Origin: Lingula anatina
Lineage: Eukaryota > Animalia > Brachiopoda
Direction of reading: 5' to 3'
NCBI GenBank assembly: GCA_051362555.1
Contig: CM120643.1
Location: forward strand, 310,001 to 374,000
DNA length: 64,000 nucleotides
Shown here: piece by piece, positions 1-12,846 of the stretch
Layout: every line of letters starts with the position of its first letter
How positions within the stretch are numbered: position 1 is the stretch's first letter
Position numbers and translations under genes: made by a program
The notes under the pieces: model-generated
Seen by the model: the letters and a program-made list of their open reading frames with translations, nothing else
What the model was told of the DNA's origin: nothing
Databases searched by the model: none

Positions 1-3000
1 TCATTCTCAGTCTTCTTGCCATTGCTATGAATGGACACAACATGGATTCCGTTTCCTTTCACAGTAGTACACGTAATGGCAGCGATCTTCCCGTCGTCTG
101 CTACTTTGATTTGTGAAAACATATCCGCCAGTTTCAGTCCGCTATCACAGTCCTGAAGTTCTTGAGTATCGGCCGTGTGCTCACTGTCTCCTGCTGCTGG
201 CGAGTGCCATTTTGTCAGTTTTGTTGGACTTTTTATTTGACCGTCTTTTTCAACAGCTTGATGGACAGTCCAGAAGTCTGCACCAACCCACGCTCCTCCA
301 AGTATAGCCTCTCCCTCTCCATGCAGACACTGGACATCATGGCCGCCCTGTGGGTCAATCAGGCTCAAGCAGTGGCGGCGGTCTTCCTCACGAACGGCGC
401 TCACAGCTAACAACTTTGAATCCTTTCTGAACTCCAGCACACAGTGACGGGTAGGGAAGAAGTCTGTTGGCTTTAACTCGCGCGCAGAGGCCCTTGATAC
501 GAGGACCCTGTGGCCACAGAGAACAAAACCGTCATCATTCCTTCTGAATATCAGTAACACGATGCTGGCGTTTTGATTCTTTTCCCGCTTTTCTCCTATG
601 ACGGCGACGTAGTTGTCATCAGGAGATATCGCCACGGGGAACCGGTCCCCGTCTGGAATGTCCAGGCCTTTAAGGACTTCAAGTGATACTTCTGATTCCC
701 TGATATCCAGCATTGTTTTTCTTTGGTCTGAAAACCCCAGTTTGCCGAATTCCGTGTCTAGAGTAAGAAAAATGTAGGATTGAGACAGGGTGGAGTTGAA
801 TGGTAGTCCCTGAACAAGAGACATTTTATCAAAGTAAGTCGGTTTGGACACTGATAACTCCTTCCCACTTTCTTTGCTTTGGATAGTTTGTATACAAATT
901 GTCCTGAAACACCCCTGGGTTGACCCGTTGTTCTCTGCACTACCAGCGATAATGACACTAGTGGTCCCTGCTACAACGCTGCTTCTGCGCGTGACACCGG
1001 TTGCGATAAATGTGACACTGTCCAAACGACAACTCTTCGTGTCATAAACCCCTCCAAAAATATCTCCGTCATCAGCCATTGAACAATTTCGCCCCTTATC
1101 TAGCAAAACAATCACCTTATCGTCTCTATTGGGTATGGGGATTGTGACGGGAGGGTAAAAGCACTGACCCTCACTGACCTTCAGATACTGTGTCGTGTTC
1201 TCCTGTACACTCCATCCATCCGGGGATGTCGGGAATGTGACGTCATCAGGGCACTGCGCGGTGGATGTGGTGAAAAGAAGGCCCCGCAGACTTTCCTTAT
1301 CCTGGTCCGCCATCTTGAAGTGCGATATTTGAGGCATGACGACCCTCTGGAAACTGGGCCCCTTGATGTCTATCTTCTGCACCAGAATCTGAGGCGGCTG
1401 CACGCCGGGAATGTATGTTGCCAAGGTTTGTACTCGTCTTGATTGAGACTGAAAAACAAGGTAATAATAATAATAATAATAATAATGGTGATGATGATGA
1501 TGATGATAACATATTCAACGAGTAGGTCTACTTTGAAAAACTAACGAAAACTAACTAAAAATCCTTGCTTACTTTTATTTAGTCTTTAATAATTTTTCAG
1601 TTAGCGAGCGATTTGTAGTTTTTATAGAGAGAGTGAATAAGTTTGTTAATACAGCCTTATTTCACAAATGAATGTTCTTGCAAGATACAGCGTTTTCCGT
1701 CCGTTGTGCAAATGAAATATACTGTCGCAAATGTTGGGCCCTTCAAAACGCAATCTACAGTCGCAACTAACACAATGTACAGACTGTGCCGCACAGTGCA
1801 GATTTACCCGATGTGCTGACAACCGTCTTCCTTACGGTTCTCCTCGCCAGCAGTTCATATTCATGATCGACGCAAGGTAATATTGACATCCGGGCATTAA
1901 AGAAGTGTTTTGTGGGATTATCGTTTCTTTCACAAAGCTTAATAATCTGAGTGTTACGTCTCAGACGGCCAAGGTAGATCAGCGAACGATTTTAATAGAT
2001 TATCCAGTCAAGGATTGATTAATACATTATAGCAAACAAAAGAACTGCTGTGTTGAACTGCTCACATTCGTGTAAAATCAGTGAAACCACTGTGCGCATA
2101 TAAATTAACGGGTTGTCCTCGGCGGTGAGCACTTTCCGTCCACAGTGTAATTTAATTGACCGGGGTAAGACCTCGCCACGCACGAGTTTACTGACGCTAA
2201 GGTAACATTAAAGCTAGTGAACGGCCTTATTAACGCAGTAAGGGAGTTTATAGTGGAAATCAAACGCCGATGTCAGGGTTGTGAGACCTCGAGCGGTTAA
2301 TATTATCCATAACCTCGTGACTAGTATTAGTTTTCGTATTGTTTTTCCTCTTGTCTCCACTACCAAAGCAAGATAACTCTGATTATACTAGTACATGTCT
2401 GCAACCTGTACACGTGTTAAAATATTCTCGTTTGAACTTCTAGGAGGTAATGCTATGTATACTAAACAATTTAGAACTAAGGGACCGAATTTGACCTGAG
2501 GAGCAGAATAGAGCCATAACATACGCCGTGGTGATTGTTGAGACACGAGTTACTTGGTGGCAACACATACCTTAAGAGGTCTAAAACCTGTAATAGAGAG
2601 TAAACCTCTAACGCTGGTATTTAATTGATCTAATCGACCTCAGGCCAGGCCGTTACCTGAGTAGCAGTGCACAATGCTCGTGAATAATTTAACAAATTGA
2701 TGCTAACAAATTTTAGAAGTTAACCCTAACAAATTTAACCCTGTCCGCAATGAGGCTATCTCGGAACAGATACACCAATAAATGCTGTCGTTGTGCATAT
2801 GCAGTCATCCGCGTCACACACACAAAAAAATTTTAAACATCCATGCCCAAACATAAGATAAACCGCGATTTGGAGGCAGCTGCGGATGGATTAGCAGCAT
2901 CCCATATCTTGGGTCCGCGCTGGCTTCACTGATAACAGCTTAATAGAAAAATTAAATTGAAGTCAATTGTAACATTTGACCCTAGTAGAATACAGGATTT

Positions 3001-3839
3001 AAAACGCAGACACATTCACAATGATATTAATGCTTTTATGTCCATTCCTTCAAAACTTTTTCTCTGTTCCCTGTTCCATTAGCGGATTTTGTGGGGGGGG
3101 GGGGGGGTCAGGGGGGTCTTGAACCCCCCTTCGGTTTCTGCAAAAAATCCAAAATTTTATCTAATATTAAAAACTAGTATTCCCCTTTTGAGATTGGAAA
3201 TTTGATTTGCTGAATCATAGTTCTAAACCGTACCAAATGCCTTTAAAAAAAAAGGTCCTCTCCCTGATCCGCCCCTGCAGTTCTGTATTTTGGCTAAAAA
3301 AACTACTTTAAATATATTGATCAGATTGGTACTTGTGTTCAATATATTATGTTCAATGACCTGGCTGTGCTCATTAAAATGGGATTTTCTTGTGCACTGA
3401 GACACGCACACTGACAACGCAGAGACACACTCTAACAACACTGGGATATATACTGACAAATATTTCATCAGGAGATTTTCTTGCGAGTTATCTTGAACAT
3501 TACAAAACTGAATATGAAGGATGCAACGATAACAGGAAACGAAACGTCTTCAAGCGATTACAATCATGAAAATGTCAGTTTGAAAAACTTCAGTAAGGAT
3601 TTTTTTAAACGGAACATCATATTTATGTTCTCATTTACATATGTGGTAAACAATAATGGCACGTGATGTACTCCAGCGCATTTGCTGTTTCTGACGTTTG
3701 TACCGTGGATCGCTATCCGGTGTAAAAATGTAAAAGAAAATTGTTTTAATTGATTTTAAAGATACTTTAAAAATGTCATATAAGCTATTATTTCTTGGCA
3801 CATTGATAAAAATGCAAACAATTCGTTCAGCTGATAAAG

Positions 3840-3885
<46 letters not shown>

Positions 3886-4981
3886 CAGTAATCCAAAAAA
3901 ACTGTTTTAAACAGACAATAAAAACTCAGGTTTAGTGTTAAAACGAGAAACAGCTTAAAAGGACAGAAGCTATTGAAAAACCTCTTACTAGCTTTAGATA
4001 AAGGACCCCTGGCAAATAAAAGAACTTCACGTAGGCATCACAATTACAGAAATGACCTTCCTTTGTGAACAACGGCCCCAGGTGCGTCTCGGAGAAGAAT
4101 ACAATTACAGAAGACAAAAAGGTTTCTTCTAATGAGATAAAAGACAGGACAAAAGAAAACAGATCCACGTAACTCCAGCCACCCAGAGGAGCTCACAGTT
4201 GCTCAAGTTACCAGGGTTATTGTGTTACAATAGCATTAAGGTGTCCTGTCGCGTCCATATGGTATGACACTGAAGACAAACCAGAGGTTATTGGACACTT
4301 TGGGGTCATTATCACGCCACATCTGGACAGCGTTGCTGTCTGACCACACCTCAGGAGAAATGAACGCAGGACTGACCAGTGATACACCGCTATTTCTTCC
4401 TTTTAAGTACACTTACCTGCTCACCGGACGAACACTCGCGGCTTAAGAAACTGATAGATGACTCGGGCGCGGTCGTCTGAATTTTTCGACAGTACTTTCT
4501 CTTGAATTACATTTATTAAATTAAGGCGGCAGCAATATCCCATGACTAATTTTTTTTTAATTTGTCAAATAAAAGAACAAAGCAAACAGAAGTAGTCGCT
4601 TATCTTTTGTATACAAAGAAAAAACAAGAAAATGCCATGTTTTCCCTTGATCAGATAGCTGGGCTGGAGTTACGGCTGGTACTAGTGACGTCACCAGTGC
4701 GGTACAGTGCTGGTATAATTTGATACTGTGACGTAAATACCGGGCCTCTCCTAATGTTGAACATAAAACAGACAACCAAACTTCACTAATCATTTTCTCC
4801 ACAGGCCGAGAAGGGTCCTACACAATGTATGCTGGGGTTTCTACAATCGAAAAAAATCGAAGTTGACGAATTTTCTGGAACTTTCTGACCAATAATATGT
4901 CGAGTCTGAAACCTACATGTACATGATGAATACACGGCTTATGTCATGTGACAGGCGCCGCTGTACGCTCTGCTTACATCC

Positions 4982-5016
<35 letters not shown>

Positions 5017-6019
5017 AGTACCATTTTAAACTAAAAACCATGCCTTGTGATATATATAAATATTAATTTCAACATAGTGTTTGAAATAAGAGTGTATATT
5101 AAAATCATCGGGAGAATGTGGGATCTTCCACCTCTGTCGTGATTTCTAGATGAAATATATCCATGCAGTGTATTTCCTCTTGTGTGAAATAAAACTCCAC
5201 CTCCGTCAGCTGTATGCCACATTAGAGTGAATGGGCAGCAGTACACGGATCTACGTATTATTTTTAATTAGTAATTCTCAATCTAAGTTACGGATATTCT
5301 ATTTCCATATAAATGTTTTCAAATTTTATTACAGTGCTGCGTATGTTTCCATGTCAGTAGTAAGCACATTATGCCCCAGTGTGATTTTTTTATCTAAATT
5401 ATCGCCGATTCCAAAAGACTTCTACGTGACTTACTTGTACTTAAATGATGTGCAGTTAAATTCTTTGCCGAATATTTTCTTTAATGAGCTTTCTTTAAAT
5501 TATCAGCGAGATTTACTGTAACCTTAAACGAATAAAACGTTTTTTTTTTTCAATCTGCAGCTAAACATTCCTTGTCGTCACAACTTTCATAATTGGTTCT
5601 AATTTCGCGGTTTTGTCTGCCATGAATTTGAAGGCCTGTAATAATAGGACCGCAATTATAAGATCAATAATTCATGCCGTCCAAATATTTTATCGTATTC
5701 CGCATGCTGAATAAAACCTAGATTAACTGACGATGCAGTTTTCATATCCCCCTAAATAATAGTTAGTTTAATATAAGGTTTAGTGTAGCCTATTCTAGTT
5801 GAATCAGTTTTTTTTTTTTTTTTATTATCCCTATATTGATCTTTATTGAGTAGTACTTGTACTTTCCCTGCTTTAGTCTAGACATTATATAATGTATATC
5901 AAACTGTATATGGTAATCACTCTGCGGATTACTTCTTGTATTTGTATTTGATCATGCCCGGATGTAGGGCGATTGTCAATAAACTTCTGAATCTGCATAT
6001 CCAGTATATTACTTACCAT
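1..6019 (-). CDS. Uncharacterised protein, probable WD40-like/beta-propeller (3' end lies beyond the window)
   Basis: I translated an open frame with no stop from 1448 to the window edge (>=482 codons). The ORF track misses it because it has no stop. It starts at acceptor ttgtttttcAG (AG 1450-1449) and reads SQSRRVQTLATYIPGV...; it contains propeller-blade-like motifs VAISPDDNYVAVIG, LEFRKDSKLLAVS and IKVADDGKIAAI. A candidate upstream exon, 6096-6017 (ttgtAG...gaatATG|GTAAGT), ends exactly in an ATG with an in-frame upstream TGA and joins in phase 0. The fold and the upstream-exon link are inferences. Confidence 0.8.
3077..3277 (-). mobile_element. hAT-like MITE (CAGGGGCGGAT family)
   Basis: Imperfect TIRs cattagcggat / atccgcccctg. 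Flanks are ctgttc / cagttc (6 bp, one mismatch). Related termini at 8011-8283 and 46323-46488. Confidence 0.6.
3842..3882. repeat. (CA)n microsatellite
   Basis: About 20 CA units, read directly. Confidence 0.95.
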
Positions 6020-8010
6020 ATTCAAAGTTTTCTTCAGCTTGCCTTGAATGAGGAGGAGGAGCAGTCACTGGCACTGTCTAAGCGGGGAAGGACGTCCTAC
6101 AACATGAAATGCTAAATTACAATCACGCTCTCTGAACATTGAATGGCATTTTACGGGTAAATTATTATCCTTTTAATACCAACTGGAAATTCGTCATAAT
6201 TGCCGCTGTGATGGGCCAAAGATTGATTGAAGCCTAGATTCATGCTGTATCATACTGCAAGCTTCAAATTAAGTTAGGCAAAACGCTTAGATGTTTGACA
6301 AAAGATATGTCAAAAAAATATGGGATGGAAATTCTCGTGCATGTACATATACGACAGGAAGACTTACTCTTATTGTACAGACAAAGCTACACTGTTCTTC
6401 CCCAAGAGTTCTATCAAACCTACGGCGTACACTGTACTAATATCTTATGTTGGATCCTAGTTTGACTTTCTAACGACTCTCTGTCATTCTGTCTCTGTAC
6501 TGTACTAGTAGCATGTGCACCCAGGTATTTTAACTTTTTTCACCAGCCACTCTTACGCCACAATTATCTTTCTTCACAATCGCCATCTCAATAGCGTCGT
6601 GATCAAAGGTGTTAGTTACAGACGCGAAAACGTGTTAAATATTATCACCGTTTGATGATTATCAACCCACGGTATCTGGACTACAAATTGTTTAGGTGTT
6701 GATTATCATTACGATCAAAACGTGTTTTGCACCTGGGTCTGATGTTGTCTGGATTGCCATTAACTTTGTAGTACGCGTTATCTTCAACTCTTGCCCGCCC
6801 CCCCCCCCCCCCCCCCCCCCCGGGCCGCCTGAGGACAATTACCCCACCTTATACAAAGGAGGAATTTGATGTCTTGATTTCTCTCTAATTAGTGTTGAAA
6901 ATAAAAGCTGGTTAAAATACCTTTGTAGTATAGTAAATTTTATCGATCTTTAACCCATTCTCTTACAAAATATAAAGTTTAAAGAATACTAGCTACCACC
7001 GTATTTTGCTGCCATTTATATAGTCCTATTGACACACTCTAGTATTTATTGATTTCGACCGTGATTTTGATACGTCATATAATAATATAGAGGGTACAAT
7101 GTTTGGTGCAAATTTTAAAGTAATGAATTGCTGATCTAAATAGCAGGGACAAATTTAATTTCGAAATGAACAACTAAAAAAACAAAGGTAATATCATTGG
7201 TAAATAACACGGTCTTTTTTAGGGAAAGACACATAATCTACTTAGTAACATTGATAATTTAATACAGTCACTATAAAGGTCTACTGAAATACACCAGAAA
7301 GTTGGATAATGTTTTAATATATGTAACCAAGTATAGTCTAAGTGGACTTTCTCAGTTAACACCACACGACCCAGCCCAGAAAATGGACCTTCTCACGAAC
7401 TTCCTGGCTGCTGCTTGGTGGCTGTGTGAACAAAACAAAGCATTCGCGTTGCATTGTGGGATCTTACCTGTAAATGGCTCTGCGAAGCGGGAAGCTTTCG
7501 GCCGGTCAAGAGTTGTGAAAGAAGTTCTAAAAGGTCGAAAGGTAAAATTTAGTGTATTAGCAAGTTTCAAGATGAGTTTGAAGGAGACTTGATAACTAGG
7601 CTTATAGATTCCGTGCTTACTGACATTCTGTCACCATAGACAATGGGTTATAAAAAAAGAACCCAGCAGTTTACATTACGATTTGAAGGGCATTAATTTC
7701 ATTCTTTAATTCAAGAAATTTGGGTTTTTATAATGTGAAAAAAGAAAAAAATGGATTTTTATAATGTGAAATAAAAAAATGGATTTTTATGAGGTGAAAT
7801 AAGTGGAACTTAACATAGAAATCTCGACAATATTTGTAAATATCCCAGTAACATAGAAAGTTCTGCTAACGACGTAAGTGTCACCTCTACCGGAGGTGTG
7901 CAATCAGCTGAGCCATCCCCGATGAAATCGACACGACGGCAATATATCGGAGATAAAAAATTGGCTTGAATGCAATCTCTAGCAATTTACTATGTTGACA
8001 GGTACATTTA

Positions 8011-8283
8011 CAGGGGCGGATCCAGGATTATTTGAAGGTGAGATTCGCGGATGCGAAGCCGACAACCCCCCTCCCCCCCCCCCCCCCCCCCACACACACA
8101 GACACACACACACACACACAAACACACACAAATTTTGGTATTTTAGAGGACGAAGGTACGGTTTAGAACTATGATTCATGATTCAGCTAGTCAAATTTCT
8201 AATTTCATGAGGGGACCATTGGTGTGATTTTTTGTCAGAAATCGAAGGGGGGACCCCCCTGCGCCCCCGTAAATCCCCCACTG
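8011..8283 (+). mobile_element. hAT-like MITE (CAGGGGCGGAT family)
   Basis: TIRs caggggcggat / atcccccactg. Flanks are cattta / catgta (6 bp, one mismatch). A partial reverse-complement copy of the interior lies at about 12050-12260. Confidence 0.65.
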
Positions 8284-8289
8284 CATGTA

Positions 8290-8332
<43 letters not shown>

Positions 8333-9846
8333 TGAGTATTTTTTAAATTATTTATTGACTTCATTATTTTTTAATTAACTAAGCGAACCGAAACTATCGA
8401 ATCGGAACTAACCAAATTAAACAAATAAATTTTGTTTAACTAACTGTACTTCACTTGTAATTAAGCAGACGGCGGCTGGATGTTGATAGTAATTAATATC
8501 TGACCACAGAGATCAATGTATGCCACAAAATTATTGCTTAATTTTGAAAGCAATTTTAGAGGCCCTGGATATCATATGGCTGACATTAATCCCTGCAGTA
8601 ATTTCCGAACTCGCCCGGATATCACGGTATTTAGAGCATAGATGTCCCTTTGAAAGAACTTAATTTTCTGACATCCAACTAATTATCATCCGGCATCCTA
8701 TTAGCAGTAATTTATTCATTAATTTCCTACTTATCGGATGGTCATAAAAAGGGCAGTCATGTCGAATTCTATAACCCTGCAAACCGCCGGACATTGCCTG
8801 TGAGAAATTAAAACTCAGCATTTTTAATGCAACTCCTATCCGTAGTTTGTTACAGGCTAAAACGAGCGTTTTAGGTGCTCGCTATTAATGTCAGAGGAAT
8901 TAGTCGTTCGTGAGACGTGAAAAGAAATGAGTTGTGACTATTCTGCGTCTGTTCCCTCATGGAGGCGTCTTTATTTTAGAGTCATTTGAAGGCTGGAGCA
9001 GATCGAGTTCCGTTTGCAATTGTGCTCATAATACCACCTTCTGTCACGGACTTTCTTTTGTCATTTTCCCTGTCCAGAGCTGGCTGTCAGTGATGAAAAT
9101 AACGCAAAACATAACCTTTAATTCTTAGAGAGTAACATGAAATATATTAATATGATATTATGTCCGCTGTAACATCAGTAAGACCAAAATGTAAGTGGGA
9201 TATGTTTTTTAAACACTGTATGTGAAAGTGCAGATCAAGTAAATAAATAAATAAATAAGTAATAGAATACAAAGACAACCATTAACTTGTTTTGAATATA
9301 CTGTAGCACACATGGAAAGGATGGGAAAGACGCAGACAGTGGGAAAATCTACATTGTGATAGCCGGCTTACAGGAGTATGCCTCACGAAGGAAATCAAGA
9401 AAACGTACTGAGAACGACGTGGAAGAGTGGTTCTCAATAGAGACGGTGCCCGGGGGAGGACAAAGACCCCTTCAAAACTCGCTTTCATGCTTTATATTCC
9501 ACTGCGATGGCGGTCGATCCTTGCCTGGTTAATATTTAATGTGGTGTTAACAAATTAAATGCTTCCCCTGATCACTGGGCATCAAGAAGAAAAATCAACA
9601 GCAAAACATATTCTCAACGTAAAGGCTCTGGAAAACATGTATTGAATATATGTGAAAGTTCCCCACTGGGGGGGGGGGGGGGGGGGGGGCATGTAAACAT
9701 GTATAGAAAATATGATCAAAGTCAAATTTCATGGAGTATTGAGTACTTACAATTCTGCCTTCACCCCAGTCACACGGAGACACTAAATAAACAGTGTTGT
9801 CAAAGCGGCAACATGGACACGTGCCTCAGTTACATTTATGTCAACA

Positions 9847-9985
9847 TTAGCATTGACATGTCGCTACTGACAACAGATTCCATTTCGATCCAATTAATTT
9901 CTTATGGTATATGTATTTCTCTAGCTTGATAATAGTTTTTCGTTTCTCAATAATGTCTTTGAATATTAGAGTGAACTGTGAAATG
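9847..9985 (+). repeat. Dispersed repeat, second copy at about 13911-14055
   Basis: ttagcattgacatgt...taatagtttttcgtttctcaa...gtgaactgtg occurs at both sites with moderate divergence. Confidence 0.75.
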
Positions 9986-11204
9986 TTACACATATGTTTG
10001 TCGTATATAAGCCCACATAAACATACGCTTTTGTAAAACGTCAAATTGTCATCAAAACTCTCCAAGATATTCACATTTCACGTGGACCGCTATCTTTATT
10101 TACGTAGATCTGTATAAACATATTATTTTTTCCCGTAAGAATACCCGAGGAACAGTTACTCAATCCCTTACAGCTTATTCTTTCTATGGCTATGTTAGAC
10201 CTGCATACGGTAGCACCAATAAAATCGGTGCAATCAAGACTGTTAATTGCTTTTCTATTATCAACTAGAAAAATTGCAGATAAAAAATCTATGTACATGC
10301 AGCGCACGGCAAAACTATTTGGGAATTTAGTTTGGAATCGTGGCAACAACAAGTAAAATTAACATGTTGATGTAAAAATTTTGATTATTTGCTGTCTGAT
10401 GCGCTAAAGCTATAAACATAATAGATAGACGTAGAAAAATGTGAAAAGATTGGTCAGCCTTTTTTCTTCTCAATAGATTATTATAATTATCAAAATAATG
10501 ATAGACATTATTATTATTGAATAACTGTACGGTCATTTATTACTTAAATATAAATTAAATTAAAAATGGAAATTGGGAATAAAACATCTAATTCAAGTGC
10601 ATCAGAGGGTTGATCAATAATGCAATAGTAGGAGAAAATTCCTTTTTACCGAAGAAAATTCATTTTTGGCTTTTTTATTTTTTTTAAAGTTAGGACACAT
10701 TATGGACTTAGTTGATCCTGTGAAGCTGTCCGCTATGCTCCTCCTCCTCCTCTGTTCTGAGTTTGTTGTACCACGAAACACGGTTTATCTCAGGACAAAA
10801 ATAGACTGAATTTATCACGTGATTTTTGAAGTAGGCACCAAGTCTTTCGGTCGATGTGAGTAATAGACATTCGTTATCAATATGATAATATTTTATAATA
10901 CACATAAAAGCTATCCAGCACCTTCCACTAGATGGAGTGAACCAGCTGTTTTATCCCAGTTCAGTCTATGTACTACGCGCTAAAAGACGTCCCAAACAAA
11001 GACGATAAATAAAGGCAGATTATTCAATACCGTCAGTACGTCTCTCAGGCGATTCTTGCCTCTGTATCAGAGACGTGGTTTAAGTCAATTAATATTTGCT
11101 TTGTCCTCGAGGTTTACTTATACATCACTACTTATCGTCTTTAAAGCCGCCATTTCGCGTGTCCTCTAGGTAAAGACTCTTTAACCAATAATTAATGATA
11201 AATA

Positions 11205-11244
<40 letters not shown>

Positions 11245-11279
11245 ATGTATTAGGGCCAAAAAAATGCCACTCATATTGT

Positions 11280-11852
11280 CATCTGAGACGCGGTGGAGTT
11301 CTGTATATAAAAACTTATTTTACTTTCGTTAACGAATAGATAAATATATGGTTAAACAAGCCAGAAATTCCCAGTAACACAACAGTAAAATTTTATCACA
11401 GGCTGTTTACATTAATCCGACTGGTGTGGGTAAGTTGTACGGAAGGATGGAGGGAGATATCAGATGAAGAGAGGAAACACACCTGGAAATCTTACGTACT
11501 TCTAGGAAACTCTCACAGAGCTGGTGAGTTCCGTTTCGGAGGCGAGAGGGGCACATATACTACATCTGAGACGCGGTGGAGTTCTGTATATAAAAACCTT
11601 ATTTTATTTTACTTTCGTTAACGCATAGATAAATATGCTGTTAAACAAGCCAGAAATTCCCAGTTACATAATAGTATAAGTTTATCACAGGCTGTTTACA
11701 TTAAGCCGACTGGTGTGGGTTAGTTGTACGGAAGGATGGAGGGAGATATCAGATAAAGAGGGGAAACACACCTGGAAATCTTACGTACTTCTAGGAAATT
11801 CTCACAGAGCTGGTGAGTTCCGTTTCGGAGGCGAGAGGGGCACATATACTAC
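11280..11852 (+). repeat. Tandem direct duplication, about 283-290 bp x2
   Basis: catctgagacgcggtggagttctg...gggcacatatactac starts at 11280 and again at 11563, with high identity. A (GAAA)n run precedes it at about 11205-11244. Confidence 0.9.
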
Positions 11853-12807
11853 AAATTTCTCTCTTTGAACATAAAAAAATCATGTTTTATTTCAGTGAAA
11901 ACCACACCCCAAAAACGTGTTCTGCGAAGAAACGAAATTTTAAAAATTGACCACAAAATCCCTAGAGTTCTGTATAGAGCCCTAGGGACACTCCACGCGT
12001 TTGAAGAAATCTGTGTAAACAATAGTTAGTACCCCCTCACCTTTGATTTCTGAAAAAAAATCACACCAATGGTCCCCTCTGGAAATTAGAATTTTGACTA
12101 GTTGAATTACAGTTTTAAAACGTACGAAATATCACATTTCGCCCGCAAAATATCAGCGGGACCCGATCAACCTGCCAAAGGGGGGGGGGGGGGGGTTAAG
12201 GGTCGTCTTTGCATCCTCGGCCTGTCCTAAAAACCAGACCCCCCTTCAAATAATCCTGAATACCGAACTAGTTGCTATGAAAATATAGCTGTAACCCTGC
12301 CTAAGAGAAGTTAACATCACTGTGGTTACAGTAACTTACTGATGTTTTACTCCTCAGTGTGATAAGTATTACTATCAGTAGTCACATGGCCTTATGATGG
12401 CGACGGGGGAGGGGGGAAGCACATGCCCTGCATCACAGCTGTAATTATAGGGACTTCATCTTGTTATGCTGGATACGACATAGATATAGACATATGCAGT
12501 GTCTATGTATTCTTCTACAAAGCTAAACAATTGTAATGCTCAAAATCTATAGAGCAGATACGCCTAGATGTATTAGTACACGTATGTGTTCTGGTATCAA
12601 AGATGAGAACTTCACAGCTGCGGGTAAATTATCGCAATGTGCAGCAGTAATCCATTGGATCTTAAATACTCTTATCCTACCACCGTCAGCAACATGATAG
12701 CGAGTATCAGCAGTCTCTTCCACTGCTGTAAACATCTACCAATCACACGTGTAGTTTAAATAGCGCACACGCTTATTTATTTTTTTTTCTGATTATATCA
12801 CTCAGCG

Positions 12808-12846
<39 letters not shown>

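Noticed and set aside
113-1047. Short ORFs in the track (113-307, 162-410, 758-958, 844-1047)
   Set aside because: They are shadows of the long minus-strand exon 1448-1.
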